Positions 39,403 to 52,245 of a stretch of DNA of 64,000 bases are shown in pieces. The notes below the pieces were generated by a model, which was not told the origin of the DNA, ran no database searches, and was given only the letters and a program-made list of their open reading frames with translations. This DNA is from Octopus vulgaris (lineage: Eukaryota). A program made the position numbers and the translations under genes. The stretch covers positions 124,930,001 through 124,994,000 of the forward strand of contig OX597814.1 of the NCBI GenBank assembly GCA_951406725.2, written 5' to 3'. Position 1 is the stretch's first letter; every line of letters starts with the position of its first letter.

Positions 39403-39488
39403 GAGCTACTGATAGTTTCATGCGATGAAAACAACTCAGACACCATTTTATAGCACGTCTGGTGCCTTCACGCAATCCTCAGATTGAG
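39403..39488 (-). ncRNA. Hammerhead-like motif with greatly extended stem II
   Basis: CTGAGGA-T-TGCG-TGAAGGCA-C-CAGAC...GTCTG-AGT-TGTTTTCA-T-CGCA-T-GAAA-CT ATC AG-TA. Core intact; stem I not evident. Confidence 0.55.
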
Positions 39489-40121
39489 TGACGAGTTATA
39501 AAATGTTGTCGTAGTCGTTTTTATTGCATGAAGTCATAAAAGAATATATACTGTGTCTATTAAATAATATTCAGCTCTCACATGATGGTGTGTTGTTTTT
39601 TTGGTTGATCTTACTATTACAAAACAGTGCATCATCATCATCATCATCACAACTTAACCGTGGTGATGATGATGTACTGTTCCATGATGGTAAGATCACA
39701 CACACATACACACACACAATGCACATATACATATATATATGTACACACACAAACATATATATATATGTATACATTATATGTATATATACTCATATACATA
39801 CATACACATATGTGTTTGTGTGTAATTGAATCTTTTGGGAACAAGAAGTGCATAATCAGTTTAATTATATTATCGCTTTTTCTGCTATAAGCGTTTAAAT
39901 ACTTTAAATACTTTCTGCTATAAACTACATTTCATTTTACTTGCACAGCAGAAGATATATACTGTTGCATGAGCATTCATCTCTAAGTGCACTACCTACA
40001 GTAGCAGAAACAGCTGTAAGGTAATGAATGATTACATAATTCTAGCCGAATGCATTAGTTTAAATTACATGTAATTTGAGTTTTAGCAACTGACTATTTA
40101 GTATTGCTATACCTAAGCAAA

Positions 40122-40193
<72 letters not shown>

Positions 40194-40442
40194 ATAGGAA
40201 AGAATGGAGCTGAACGAAGATTTAACAAAATTCCTTTATTTTATTTTCGACATATGTTTCGAAGTCTGCAAAGTCCCTAATTCTTTCCTATACTTAATAT
40301 ATAAAACTTCAAATTTCCGCACTAAGGCACGGATTTTATGCCCTATGGTCGTAACTTAAACCGTGCCTTTTCTGTTGTGAGTTTGCTACCCAGGTATCGG
40401 TTATCTTTCGAATTATCCGTAATAAGATAATTCATCTGTCTA

Positions 40443-40481
<39 letters not shown>

Positions 40482-40845
40482 TTCTATTTGTTTCAGTCAT
40501 TTGACTGCGGTCATGCTGGAGCACCACCTTTAGTCGAGTAAATCGACCCCTGGAAATATTCTTTGTAAGTCTTGTACTTATTCTATCAGTCTCTTTTGCC
40601 GAACCGCTAGGTTACGGGGCTATAAACACACCAGCATCGGTTGTCAAACGATGTAAAGGGACAAACACAAACGCACAAACACACAAATATATACACACAC
40701 ACACACAGACATATATACATACACACACCCACACACACACACGATGTGTGGGGAACACATACACCATTGAAACTGGGAAACCGGGCCCATGAGCCTGGAT
40801 AGGCTTTAAAGGGGCACATTTATTTATTATTATTTTATATATATA

Positions 40846-41217
40846 CTAGCAGTATCGCCCAGTGTTGCTCGGGTTTGTAAAGGAAATAACTATAAAGTAT
40901 TTTTAGAGAGTTATAGCCAAAAAAATGGAAAAGAATGATGGTAAATTTTTTTTTTAGTTAAAAAGGTCGAGTCGCGTCCCCTAGACAGTCTGTGGTTTGT
41001 GTTTCTGATTCTCGACTCCATGTCGAATTTATCGATTTTTTTCAGAACTGGGGGAACTTTTCAAAATTTTCGCTGCGTTAGTTTTGAATTATGACATTGG
41101 GCTATGTGTGTGTCAAGTTTCATCAGAATCGGTTGAAAGCCGTGGTCAGGGTGAGGGTACAACCTGACAGACACACAGAAACACACACAGACAAACTGCC
41201 GTTTATATATATAGAGA
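40846..41217 (-). mobile_element. Non-autonomous Helitron
   Basis: Minus strand 5' TCTCTATATATATAAA, 3' CCCGAGCAACACTGGGCGATACTGCTAG, A|T target. Confidence 0.9.
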
Positions 41218-41417
41218 TATATATGGCGTAAGTGTTTCAATGGCGTATGTGTTCCCCTGTCCATCGCACCATTACTCATTTTTGCCAGCTGAGTGGACTG
41301 GAGCAACGTGAAATGAAGTGCTTTGCTCAAGAACACAACGCGTCACCCGGTCCAGGAATCAAAACCACAATCTTACGATCATGATTCTGACACCCTAACC
41401 ACACGCCTCCACACAAC

Positions 41418-41516
<99 letters not shown>

Positions 41517-41784
41517 GCGGGTTTCTTTCACTTTCCGTCTACCAAATCCATTCAAAAGGCTTTGGTTGGCCGAAGTCTATAGTGGAAGAGACTTGCCCAA
41601 GATGCCATATAGTGGGACTGAACCCGGAACTATGTGGCTGGTAAGTAAGGTACTTACCACACAGCCACTCCCGCACCAATATAAAATTGACTTATCTTGA
41701 ATCTATACATGCAAATATTTGTATGTAGACGTGTGAACCTGCTTTGCATGGTATGTACAATTATTTGGATTTATATGTCCGTGT

Positions 41785-41849
41785 ATTGTGCTGACGAAGG
41801 AAGAAACCTATCTATTGCTTTAATTCAGAAACTGGAACCATTTCGCAAT
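41785..41849 (+). ncRNA. Type-I hammerhead-like motif (aged)
   Basis: ATTGTG-CTGACGA-A-GGA...TTC-A-GAAA-CTGG AA CCAT-TT|CGCAAT. 6-bp stem I AUUGUG/CGCAAU. Confidence 0.6.
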
Positions 41850-42216
41850 TAACATGAGGCCTTTTTAATATTCTTTCACTAGTCCGCTTTCAGCAAGGTG
41901 CATATTTATGTGAAGTTTTGGTAGTTGTTCTTTTGAAGGTATTGGCACTTCAAGCACGCTTGAGATAGGTCGTTTTCGCCCTTGGTCCCGTAATATAATT
42001 ATATAGATACATACATTAATATTAATTTATATAAATTTATATATACACTTTTACTCTTTTACTTGTTTCAGTCATTTGTCTGAAGCACTGCCTTTTAGTC
42101 GAACAAATCGTCCCCAGGACTTATTCTTTGTAAGCCTATCGGTTCTTTTGCCGAACCGCTAGGTTACGGGTTCGTAAACACGCCAGCATCGGTTGTCAAG
42201 CGATGTTGGGAGGACT

Positions 42217-42508
42217 TGCGGTTGTAGGATCGCGGTTTCGATTCCCAGACCGGGCGTTGTGAGTGTTTATTGAGCGAAAGCACCTAAAGCTCCACAACTT
42301 TCTTTCACTCTTACTTCCTGTTTCTGTTGTACCTGTATTTCAAAGGGCCGGCCTTGTCACTCTCTGTGTCACGCTGAATATCCCCGAAAACTGCGTTAAG
42401 GGTACACGTGTCTGTGGAGTGCTCAGCCACTTACACGTTAATTTCACGAGCAGGCTGTTCCGTTGATCGGATCAACCGGAACCCTCGTCGTCGTAACCGA
42501 CAGAGTGC
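42217..42508 (+). mobile_element. Chimeric SINE (family C 5' part + family D 3' part)
   Basis: GATCGCGGTTTCGATTCCCAGACCGGGCG (family C) joined to GTACCTGTATTTCAAAGGG...GTAACCGACAGAGTGC (family D). Confidence 0.85.
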
Positions 42509-42539
42509 TTCCATCCATCCATATGCATGTATGTATCAA

Positions 42540-43043
42540 AGGAAGACACTTCCCATCTGGAAGTGTAACAGCGATGCCCTTCCTGACATCCCTCCTTACT
42601 TTTTCATGTGCAACTCGAGATTTCTCAAAAGTGGCTGTCCCCTCGTGCACAATCCTTCCTCACCTGCTACGATCAATAGCTATGCCTTCCCATGTGTCAG
42701 GAGAGATGCAAGCATGCTGGACTCGAGAGTCATCTTCGTAGTCATAAAGCGAGACAGATGAGTGACAACCTGGCCACTGGTGGTGGTGTAACATACCATA
42801 CTAATCATATCTGTCGGGCATGTGGAAGAGAGTGTAATTCGGTAGGAGGACTTAAACGGCATGCAAAGGTACATGAAGCCCAGTTACAACTACAGCCGGC
42901 TATTACCGGTAAAGGTATTAGTTGCCAGTTCTGTACAAGACATTGTAGATCTTTAGCTGGGCTAAAAAGTCACATTCGATCACAGCACCAGTAAGAGTTA
43001 AGCTTCGTGCAATGGCCATACTCGAAAACGAGGGGGGGCCGTA

Positions 43044-43074
<31 letters not shown>

Positions 43075-43090
43075 TGTATGTATGTATGTA
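42540..43090 (+). mobile_element. 3' end of a LINE (RTE-like) encoding three C-terminal C2H2-type zinc fingers, with (TATG)n tail
   Basis: ORF 42692-42994: ..CQERCKHAGLESHLRSH, CRACGRECNSVGGLKRHAKVH, CQFCTRHCRSLAGLKSHIRSQH. Short 3' UTR then a tandem tail. Confidence 0.7.
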
Positions 43091-43460
43091 CACTTGCGTC
43101 AGAAATTAATTAGCACTTCTCAAATTTCTACATTAAATAGGTTAAATCAATTAACCTATGAGCTGTTCAAAACGTCTTACGCGATGAGAAAACTTAGTAT
43201 GGTGTGATTTCGGTCCTTGCGAGGCGCTATTAAACAAAGGAAGATTTGCCTGCATCCGCACTCCAAGTTGTTGTTGCACTGCTATGTCAACATCATAAGG
43301 CTGTAGACTCTCAAACTGCTCTGCAAACAAAGTTACGTCATCGTTCTGCGCAACAGTGAACTCGCAACAAAGCAATAGTTCGAGATATGGCCACTAGGTG
43401 ACAGCACATACCTTAAGTGAAGAGCAAATCAAGGGTGCTAATTAATTTCTGACGGTAGTG
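43091..43460. mobile_element. Non-autonomous Tc1/mariner element (370 bp) inserted in (TATG)n
   Basis: 26-bp TIRs CACT(TG/AC)CGTCAGAAATTAATTAGCAC, with TA TSD. Confidence 0.9.
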
Positions 43461-43669
43461 TATGTATGTATGTATGTATGTATGTATGTACGTACGTACG
43501 TATGCATGTATATGCAGTGATCTAAGCCTAAACAAAGTGGGTCTCTGCTATAAGCCAGTGAAACTTTATGCTGCATAGAACAAAATCAAACTATGTTATA
43601 TGTTGATACATGTAATTCCTACTAAATGTGATGAGTGCATTTTCCCATCATTTGTTCACTTACTTGTAT

Positions 43670-43711
43670 TCATACACAAAACACACACACACACACACAG
43701 ACACAGACACG

Positions 43712-43749
<38 letters not shown>

Positions 43750-43831
43750 TATATACATACATACGTACATATATATTATATATACATAAACATATTATAT
43801 ATATATATATATATATATACATATATATATG

Positions 43832-43887
<56 letters not shown>

Positions 43888-43933
43888 CATACATACATAT
43901 ACATGTGTGTGTGTGTGGGTGTATATATTTATA

Positions 43934-43969
<36 letters not shown>

Positions 43970-44727
43970 CATAGAAGCACACACACATGCACACATGCGC
44001 ACACACATGCTATAGCATTTGCAAGTTCTGTTTTTAGTTAATGTCCACAGTTTTCATGTGTATAAAAACATTTTAAACTATACGCATATTCACAGACACA
44101 CACACAGACATACACACGCAATAAGACACACAGATACCCCATACACACACACACACACACACACACACATGATGTAATATTAGTCAATGCATTAATAGTT
44201 GTGATAACAGTACATGCATACATACACATCACATAGCTTTCTTGCCAGATCAAAGTTTAATGGGCCAGTACTACACATACTCTGCTATAGTACTATAGTC
44301 TTATGAGAACTGGGGAATATAGTCAGGTCAAGGGTGGCATGTCATGTAATCATAACCAGGTTTTAAATAATAACAAACTAATGTGAAATTCACATATTGA
44401 CAAACTCCTGGGTACATATTGACTGGAGGAATATTATCATCATTATATCTTCACTATATACACTTGCAGGTATGTACATGTGTGTGTGTGTATGTGTGTG
44501 TGTGAATACATATATTCAGACATAAATAGATATGCATGTCGCATGTTTGTGCATGTGTGTGTGTATGTGTATATGGTATGTGTCTGTATGTGTGTATATA
44601 TGTATGTGTGTATGTATGTTTATATATATATATATATATTCATATATAAGCATATATATATATATATATACATATATGCATGTATATATATTTATATATA
44701 TATATTTACATACATATACATATATGC

Positions 44728-44779
<52 letters not shown>

Positions 44780-44786
44780 TCATATA

Positions 44787-44832
<46 letters not shown>

Positions 44833-44972
44833 CATATATATATGTATACATACATACATATGTATATGTGTATATATATATGTATAAATATATACATACA
44901 TACACATATATATATATGTTTGTATACACACATACTTGCGTGTGGGTATGCATGTGTGTTTGTGTATATATA

Positions 44973-45042
<70 letters not shown>

Positions 45043-45056
45043 CATACATACATACA

Positions 45057-45089
<33 letters not shown>

Positions 45090-45570
45090 GTACATACACA
45101 CATGCTTCTGCGTGTGTGTGTGTACATGTAGTGATTTAGATTTATGCATTTATGATATGTAACAAATTAAGTGTAACAGATTTTATGTTTGCATGAAAAT
45201 CAGATATTAAAATAACTATAGAATGTGTATAAAGAGCATGTGTATATGCATGTGTGTGTGTGTGTACATGTCTGTGTGTGTATTTGTGTATGTGTGCATT
45301 TATAACCACTATTAAAAAGAACAGTGATACAACCGCACACAAAGCCATACACACAAATACACACACACACATATACTTACACACATACACCTACACACAA
45401 ACACACACACACATATTTAAGATGTGTATGTCTAACATTATGTGTTTGCCTTGATTGTGTACATGAGTGTTTGTATATATGCACATGTATGTTTGTATAT
45501 CTATATCTGTGTGTGCCCATATATGTATGCCTATATATGATGATGTGTATGCATGTGTGTGTGTGTGTGT
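43670..45570. repeat. Compound (TA)n/(CA)n/(CATA)n microsatellite block
   Basis: Directly visible. Confidence 0.97.
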
Positions 45571-45969
45571 GAAGTTAAATATCTGATGTATTTACAGTTC
45601 CAATGAATGATAACTGAAATGTGGTAAAGACGATATTTGAACATGGCGATATTGAAAACAGCTTTAATTGAAGTAAGCCATTTAATTTTGAAATGAAAAT
45701 CAGACAGTTTAAACGTTACATCCTGCATACTGATTCTCTATGGTTACATTCTTGAATCAGCAGCAATTATCTTTGGTACTATATAGAGAGATGGTTGCCA
45801 GTTTGGTAATAAAATCTTTTATGCCTCCCGAATGATTTAGAAGAGATAGTGATAGATGTGCGGACAATCTTGCATTTGCTAAACCAGTGGTGGGATGGAA
45901 GGTACTTTGTTACATGTTCAAGACCCATTAAGGAAATCTGGGTTTATTTTGAGATTTTTCAATAGCTTC

Positions 45970-46022
<53 letters not shown>

Positions 46023-46482
46023 GATTATTATTATTTGTGTGTTTAGAAATTCTTTTAAAAATAAGATATTTATTATTGTTTTGAAATAGAATTTAAAATT
46101 TTTAAACCTTATAAATATACATCGAGGAGAAATGACATTGTGAAATTGCAAAAGTTATTACTTTAACACATACAGATATGGGTGCAGGTATGTTTGTGTT
46201 ATCAAGATATGTGCTATGTAATCAGGAAGCCGTTTGGTTCTGAGTTTAATTTCATTCTATGGAAACTTTAAATCTCTTCTTCTGTAGCATTACTTAATCA
46301 CACTCTTATGTATGAAATAATCTATCTGTCTATCTGTCTATCTATCTGTCTATCTATCTATCAATCTATCTATATCTATATCTATATATATATGTAAATA
46401 CATACATATATATGTATATGTATATATGTGTATATATATATATATATGCATATATATAAATATATATATAAACATATATATA

Positions 46483-46575
<93 letters not shown>

Positions 46576-46894
46576 GTGGCACGTAAAAAGCACCATCTGA
46601 TCGTGGCCGTTGCCAGCCTCGTCTAGCACCTCTGCCAGTGCACATAAAAAGCACCCACTTCACTCACGGAGTGGTTGGCGTTAGGAAGGGCATCCAGCTG
46701 TAGAAACACTGCCAGATCAGACTGGGCCTGGTGCAGCCTTCTGGCTTCCCAGACCCCAGTTGAACCGGCCAACCCATGATAGCATGGAAAGCAGACGTTA
46801 AATGATGATCATGATATATATATATAAATGTATATCATCATCATATGTATATATATGTGTGTATATAAATGTGTGTATATATATATATATATAT

Positions 46895-47088
46895 ATTAAG
46901 ATTAATCAAAGGATATACAAAGTATTCTACCTACTGGAAATAACAGTCAAAAGTCTTATTTAAATTGCTGAAAAATACTGATAATAACTACAGAAATTAA
47001 CCATGGTTTTCAGCATTCTTTCTAGCGAGTTTTCACTGTTATTTCCAGCAGATAGATATACTTGGTATGTCCCTTGATTAAGTTTAAT
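46895..47088. repeat. Diverged fold-back next to (TA)n
   Basis: ATTAAGATTAATCAAAGGATATACAAAGTATTCTACCTACTGGAAATAACAGT matches the reverse complement of ~47035-47088. Confidence 0.82.
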
Positions 47089-47234
47089 CCTTCAGCTATT
47101 TAATGCTTTTTGGGGTTTGCAATTGCCTATATTATTGATTCTGTTATTATCATTTTTAGTTGTTAAACTAGATAATAAGAGAGTCAATAATATCTTTGCA
47201 AATATTTTCTCTGGAATTATTTGCTCTGTATTGA

Positions 47235-47282
<48 letters not shown>

Positions 47283-47389
47283 CAAACATAAATACATACA
47301 TGCATGCATATATATATATATGTATATATATATAGATGCATACATACATACACACACACACATATAGACATATATATATATATATATAA

Positions 47390-47925
47390 GAAATCCAGGT
47401 AGAGGTAGACCCAGGAAGACATGGCATGAGGTGGTCATGCATGACCTTCAAGCGTTGGACCTTACAGAGGCAATGACAAAAGACCATGACCTATGGAGAT
47501 ATACTGCGACTGCGAAGATGCGACAAATGAAGTGAGCTCATGGCTCGCAGGACAGCCTGCTGTGCTTACCTTGCATCGTAGGGCAACCTGCTGAGGAGAC
47601 CTAATTGAGTCAAGTACATCAACATCAAAATAAAAATCAAATGGAAATTGGAATTGTGATACCCGTGCCGGTGGCACGTAAAAAGCATCATCCAAACGTG
47701 GCCGATGCTAGCACCACCTTGACTGGCGTCCGTGCCAGTGGTATGTAAAAAGCACCCACTACACTCACAAGTGGTTGGCATTAGGAAGGGCATCCAGATG
47801 TAGAAACACTGCCAGATCAGACTAGAACCTGGTACAGCATCCTGGCTTCCCAGATTCCGTTTGAACTGTCCAACCCATGCTAGCATGGAAAACGGACGTT
47901 AAACAATGATGATGATAATGATGAT
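47390..47925 (+). mobile_element. RTE LINE 3' fragment + family E tail
   Basis: RGRPRKTWHEVVMHDL...LTEAMTKDHDLWRY, then the family E 3' UTR and (GAT)n. Confidence 0.85.
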
Positions 47926-47926
47926 G

Positions 47927-47959
<33 letters not shown>

Positions 47960-47965
47960 CGTGTG

Positions 47966-48009
<44 letters not shown>

Positions 48010-48293
48010 TGTATGTATATAAACTAAACTGGCACTTCATCACTTATGACAATGAGTGTTCAAGTTGATCTGCCAAATGGAATAGCTGCTTGCGAAATGA
48101 ATGTGCAAGTGGCTGAGCACTCCATAGACATGCGTACCCTTAATGTAGTTCTCAGGGAGATTCAGCATGGTGCAGAATGTGACAAGGCTGACCCTTTGAA
48201 TTAGAGCTACTACACATTTTTGCCAGCTAAGTAGACTGGAGCAACTGTGAGCTGACTACCCTGACCACTAAGCCAGGTACCTCTGCACACATG

Positions 48294-48339
<46 letters not shown>

Positions 48340-49789
48340 CACACATACAAATACACACACACTCACATATACATAGTTTTTAATACATACTGAATCATGG
48401 GATAATTGAAAAGATACTTAGAAAAACCAACCGAGGACATTCTTAGTATTATCATCATCAACATCATCATCATTTAACGTCCATTGTCCATGCTGGCATG
48501 GTTTGGACGGTTTTTCTGGGTTGGCATACTGGAAAGCCACACTAGGCTCCAATCTGATTTGGCATGGTTTTCTATGGCTGTATGCTCTTCCTAACACCAA
48601 CCACTCTGAGAGTATAATGGGTGCTTTTACATGTCACCGACACAGATGCCATTTGCGTGACACTGGAGTGCATTTACTTGCCACTGTCACAGGTGCCAAT
48701 TCACGTGGCACTGGTATCAGCCATGACTGTGATTTTGCTTCACTGGAAATAATATAGTAATACGAGTCTGCATTTTAATTGGTTGAAATATTTTAACTCA
48801 CTTTGTAGGAGCATCAACTTAAGCATTTGATTTTCAAGGCTGTGTGGTAAGAAGTTTACTTTCCAACCCCATGGTTCTGTGTTCAGTCCGACTACATGGC
48901 ACCTTAGGCAAGTGTCTTGTTTTACTATATCTTCAGGCTGCCCAAAGTTTTGTGAGTACATTTGTAGATGGAAACTGAAAGAAGCCTGTCATGTATGTGC
49001 ATGTGTGTGCATGCATGTGTGCATGTGTATGTATGTATGTGTGTGAGTGTGCGTGTGTCTGCCTGTCTGTCTTTGTGCATGTGTTTGTCCCCCACCACTG
49101 CTTGACAACTGGTGTTGGTGTGCTTTTGTCCTCGTAGCTTAATAATTTAGCGACAGAGACCAATGGAATAAGTGTATCAGGCTTTACAAAATAATAATAA
49201 TTCCTGGTTTTAATTCATTCAATTAAAATTCTTCAAAGCAGTGCCTCAACATATCTGCAGTTTAATAACTGAAACAAGCAAAATATGGAAGATGAAAAGA
49301 TAGTATGCTCCAGGTTAATTTTCTTTAACCTATTTAAAGTCAGTACCAAAACACTCAATGTTGCTATCTAATACGTTGCCTGGTTTAACACCAAAACTTA
49401 ACTTGTGACTTTAGCAACACCTACTCAGTTGCAAACATTTGGTTTGTCTCTCATGTCTGAAGATACCCTCCTCCCTTCTCCACCAATATTGGGGTTCCTA
49501 AAAACATCATGAATGCTGTATTTTCTCTTTTGAATAAAATATGTAAAATTAAGACTATACACATATTTCAAAATGTCTGCTTCTACCACACTGACTCTTA
49601 ATGAACATTGGGAGAAGTCAGCTCAACAATATGGTTTCTTTTTGTTTTGCTTATTGTCTAATTGTTTAAAAACAAATTATAATTCAATAAAGACAATGTT
49701 TTTATGGTGCATACACTGAACTGAAATTTTGTGATTTTTAAGATAAAATCATTTTGACCATAATTTTATTCATGAAGCTAGCATGCTTC

Positions 49790-50356
49790 ACTAGAGGTGC
49801 AACGTCAGTGTGCATGTATGTCAAAGAGTAAGCATCTCAAGAGGAAAATTAGGTATAAGATTCATCAGAAGTGATGTGCAAGAGTGAAGACTGTGCTGGT
49901 ATGGCTATGTGATGCCTATGGATGAGGACAGTTGCATAAAAAGTGCCAGTCTTTAACTGTGGAGGGAACCTGCAAAAGACGTAGACCCCGGAAGACATGG
50001 GACGTGGTGGTGAAGCACAATCTTCAGAAGTTGAGTTTCATAGACGTGATGACAATTGATTGAGGCCTTTGGCAATTTGCTGTGCTTATGAAAACTCATG
50101 AAGTGAAATCACAGTTGTGGCTGGTGATGATGACATGTAAAAAGCACCTGTGCTGGTGACACACAAAAGCACCTGTTACGGTGACACGTAAAAGCACCTG
50201 TTCCACTGACACATAAAAACACCTGTTACAGTGGCATGTAAAAGCACTTGCCGCTAACACATAAAAGCACCTGTTATAGTGACACATAAAAGCATCTTTT
50301 ACAGTGACACAGAAGCACCTGTGCCAGTTATGCACAAAAACACCTGTGCCAGTGAC
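49790..50356 (+). mobile_element. RTE 3' fragment with an expanded ~25-bp tandem array (~9 copies, 50128-50356)
   Basis: VQE*RLCWYGYV...RPRKTWDVVVKHNL; array unit GTGACAC(A/G)TAAAAGCACCTGTTACA. Confidence 0.82.
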
Positions 50357-51239
50357 AGTAAATTTTCAATTGTAGGATCCCTTATCCCTTACATCCTCCC
50401 AACACAGGGAGCTCATAAAAGGTTCACAGCAGCTGCTTTTCATCTTTTGATTAAGCCATTAAAAACATACAAGGTACACACATGGGGAAAGTAATTCTAT
50501 TTGTTTCAGTTTTTTGTATGTATAGCTGTTTGATAGGTAATATATCTGCATTAGACTAGCCACCTCTACAGGAGTAAATTAGTTTCTAATCTGCTTAATT
50601 GACATTTATGCTTGGGGAAAGGTTAATTAAAATATATGCACCTATATACAAAGTAAAAACTGAGTAAAAACCAACAAGCACATCAATAACAATACTTTTA
50701 AAAATATATCAACAGCAACAACCACAAAAATTTTATATATAAATGATCATTGCCAGCGTCGCTTTACCGGCACATGAAAAACAACATTCAAGCATGGTTG
50801 TTGCCAGTGCTGCCAGACTGGCTCCTGTGCAGGTAGCACATAAAACACCTTTTGACTATGAGCGTGGTCATTGTCAGAACTGCCTGACTGGCCCTCGTGC
50901 CAGTGGCATGTAAAAAGCACCCACTACACTCTTGGAGTGGTCGGTGTTAGGAATGGCATCCAGCTGTAGAAACTTTGCCAGACCAAATTGAGCCTGGTGC
51001 AGCCTCTGGCTCACCAGTCCTCTGTCAAACCATCCAACCCATGCTAGCATGGAAAGCGGACGTTAAACTATGATGATGATGATGATGATGATGATGATAT
51101 AAAAACATTTACTATGCTTTTTTTAACTTGTCAGTCTGTGTCTGTTTTTTGTTTGTGCATTTACTATACATTCTTAACTTATATATATATATATACACAC
51201 ACAGACACACACTCCTCACACACACATACACATATACAT

Positions 51240-51292
<53 letters not shown>

Positions 51293-51437
51293 TCTTTAAA
51301 TATATGATTATATTCAAATTTTATCTTTATATATTAGATTTTGTATATTTTTATATTAGTTTTTCTTTTTTACCTGTGAATTGAGGAACTCTATTGTTCA
51401 AAGCCAGCTATAAAAAACTAATAAGAAAATATGATAA

Positions 51438-51812
51438 ATATTCTTATAATTAGGGATGGTCATTTTCTTCTCTCTTTTTTTCTTTTGACTTGTCAAATAA
51501 GCACAGGCTCTATATATTTGTTCTTCAGTCATTTATAATTGTTTTTATTTTATCTGGTGTTCATTGTCTGGAAATCTTTTGTCACATCTGTGATCTCTTC
51601 AGTGATTCTTCCATCCATGTGTATCCCCTTGCTCTGTTTAGTCCATTCTCTGAGAATGGACTAAACAGAACAGGAGGGTATGTGAGGAAAAATTTCTAGA
51701 CAATAGACATAAGATAATATCAAGACAATAATAAACAAGTGAAGAATGAATATGTAATGCATGAATTTATCTGGAAAGAAAAGAAAAATTACCATCTCAA
51801 AATATAACAATA
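51438..51812. repeat. Large diverged fold-back with perfect 18-bp central arms
   Basis: TCTGTTTAGTCCATTCTC t GAGAATGGACTAAACAGA (51633-51669). The outer arms translate similarly on opposite strands. Confidence 0.85.
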
Positions 51813-51814
51813 TC

Positions 51815-52028
51815 TCTTTTACTCTTTTACTTGTTTCAGTCATTTGACTGTGGCCATGCTGGAGCACTGTCTTTAGTTGAGCAAATCGACCCCAGGACTT
51901 ATTCTTTGTAAGCCTAGTACTTATTCTATCGGTCTCTTTTGCTGAACTGCTAAGTTATGGGGATGTAAACACACCAGCATCGGTCGTCAAGTGATGTTGG
52001 GGGGACAAACACAGACACACAAACATAT

Positions 52029-52082
<54 letters not shown>

Positions 52083-52245
52083 GATGGGCTTCTTTCAGTT
52101 TCCGTCTACCAAACCACTCACAAGGCTTTGGTCAGCCCGAGGCTATAGTAGAAGACACCTGCCCAAGGTGCCATGCAGTGGGACTGAACCCGGAACCATG
52201 TGGTTGGTAAGCAAGCTACTTACCACACAGCCACTCCTATGCCTA
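51815..52245 (-). mobile_element. SINE family B
   Basis: Homology to the other family B copies. Confidence 0.9.

Noticed and set aside
42692-42994. Host C2H2 zinc-finger gene
   Set aside because: No TGEKP linkers or ATG start, and a tandem tail follows the stop closely; better explained as a LINE C-terminus.
50128-50356. CRISPR-like array (also considered for 2545-3010)
   Set aside because: Units are contiguous with no unique spacers, no cas genes are present, and the context is eukaryotic retroelement sequence.
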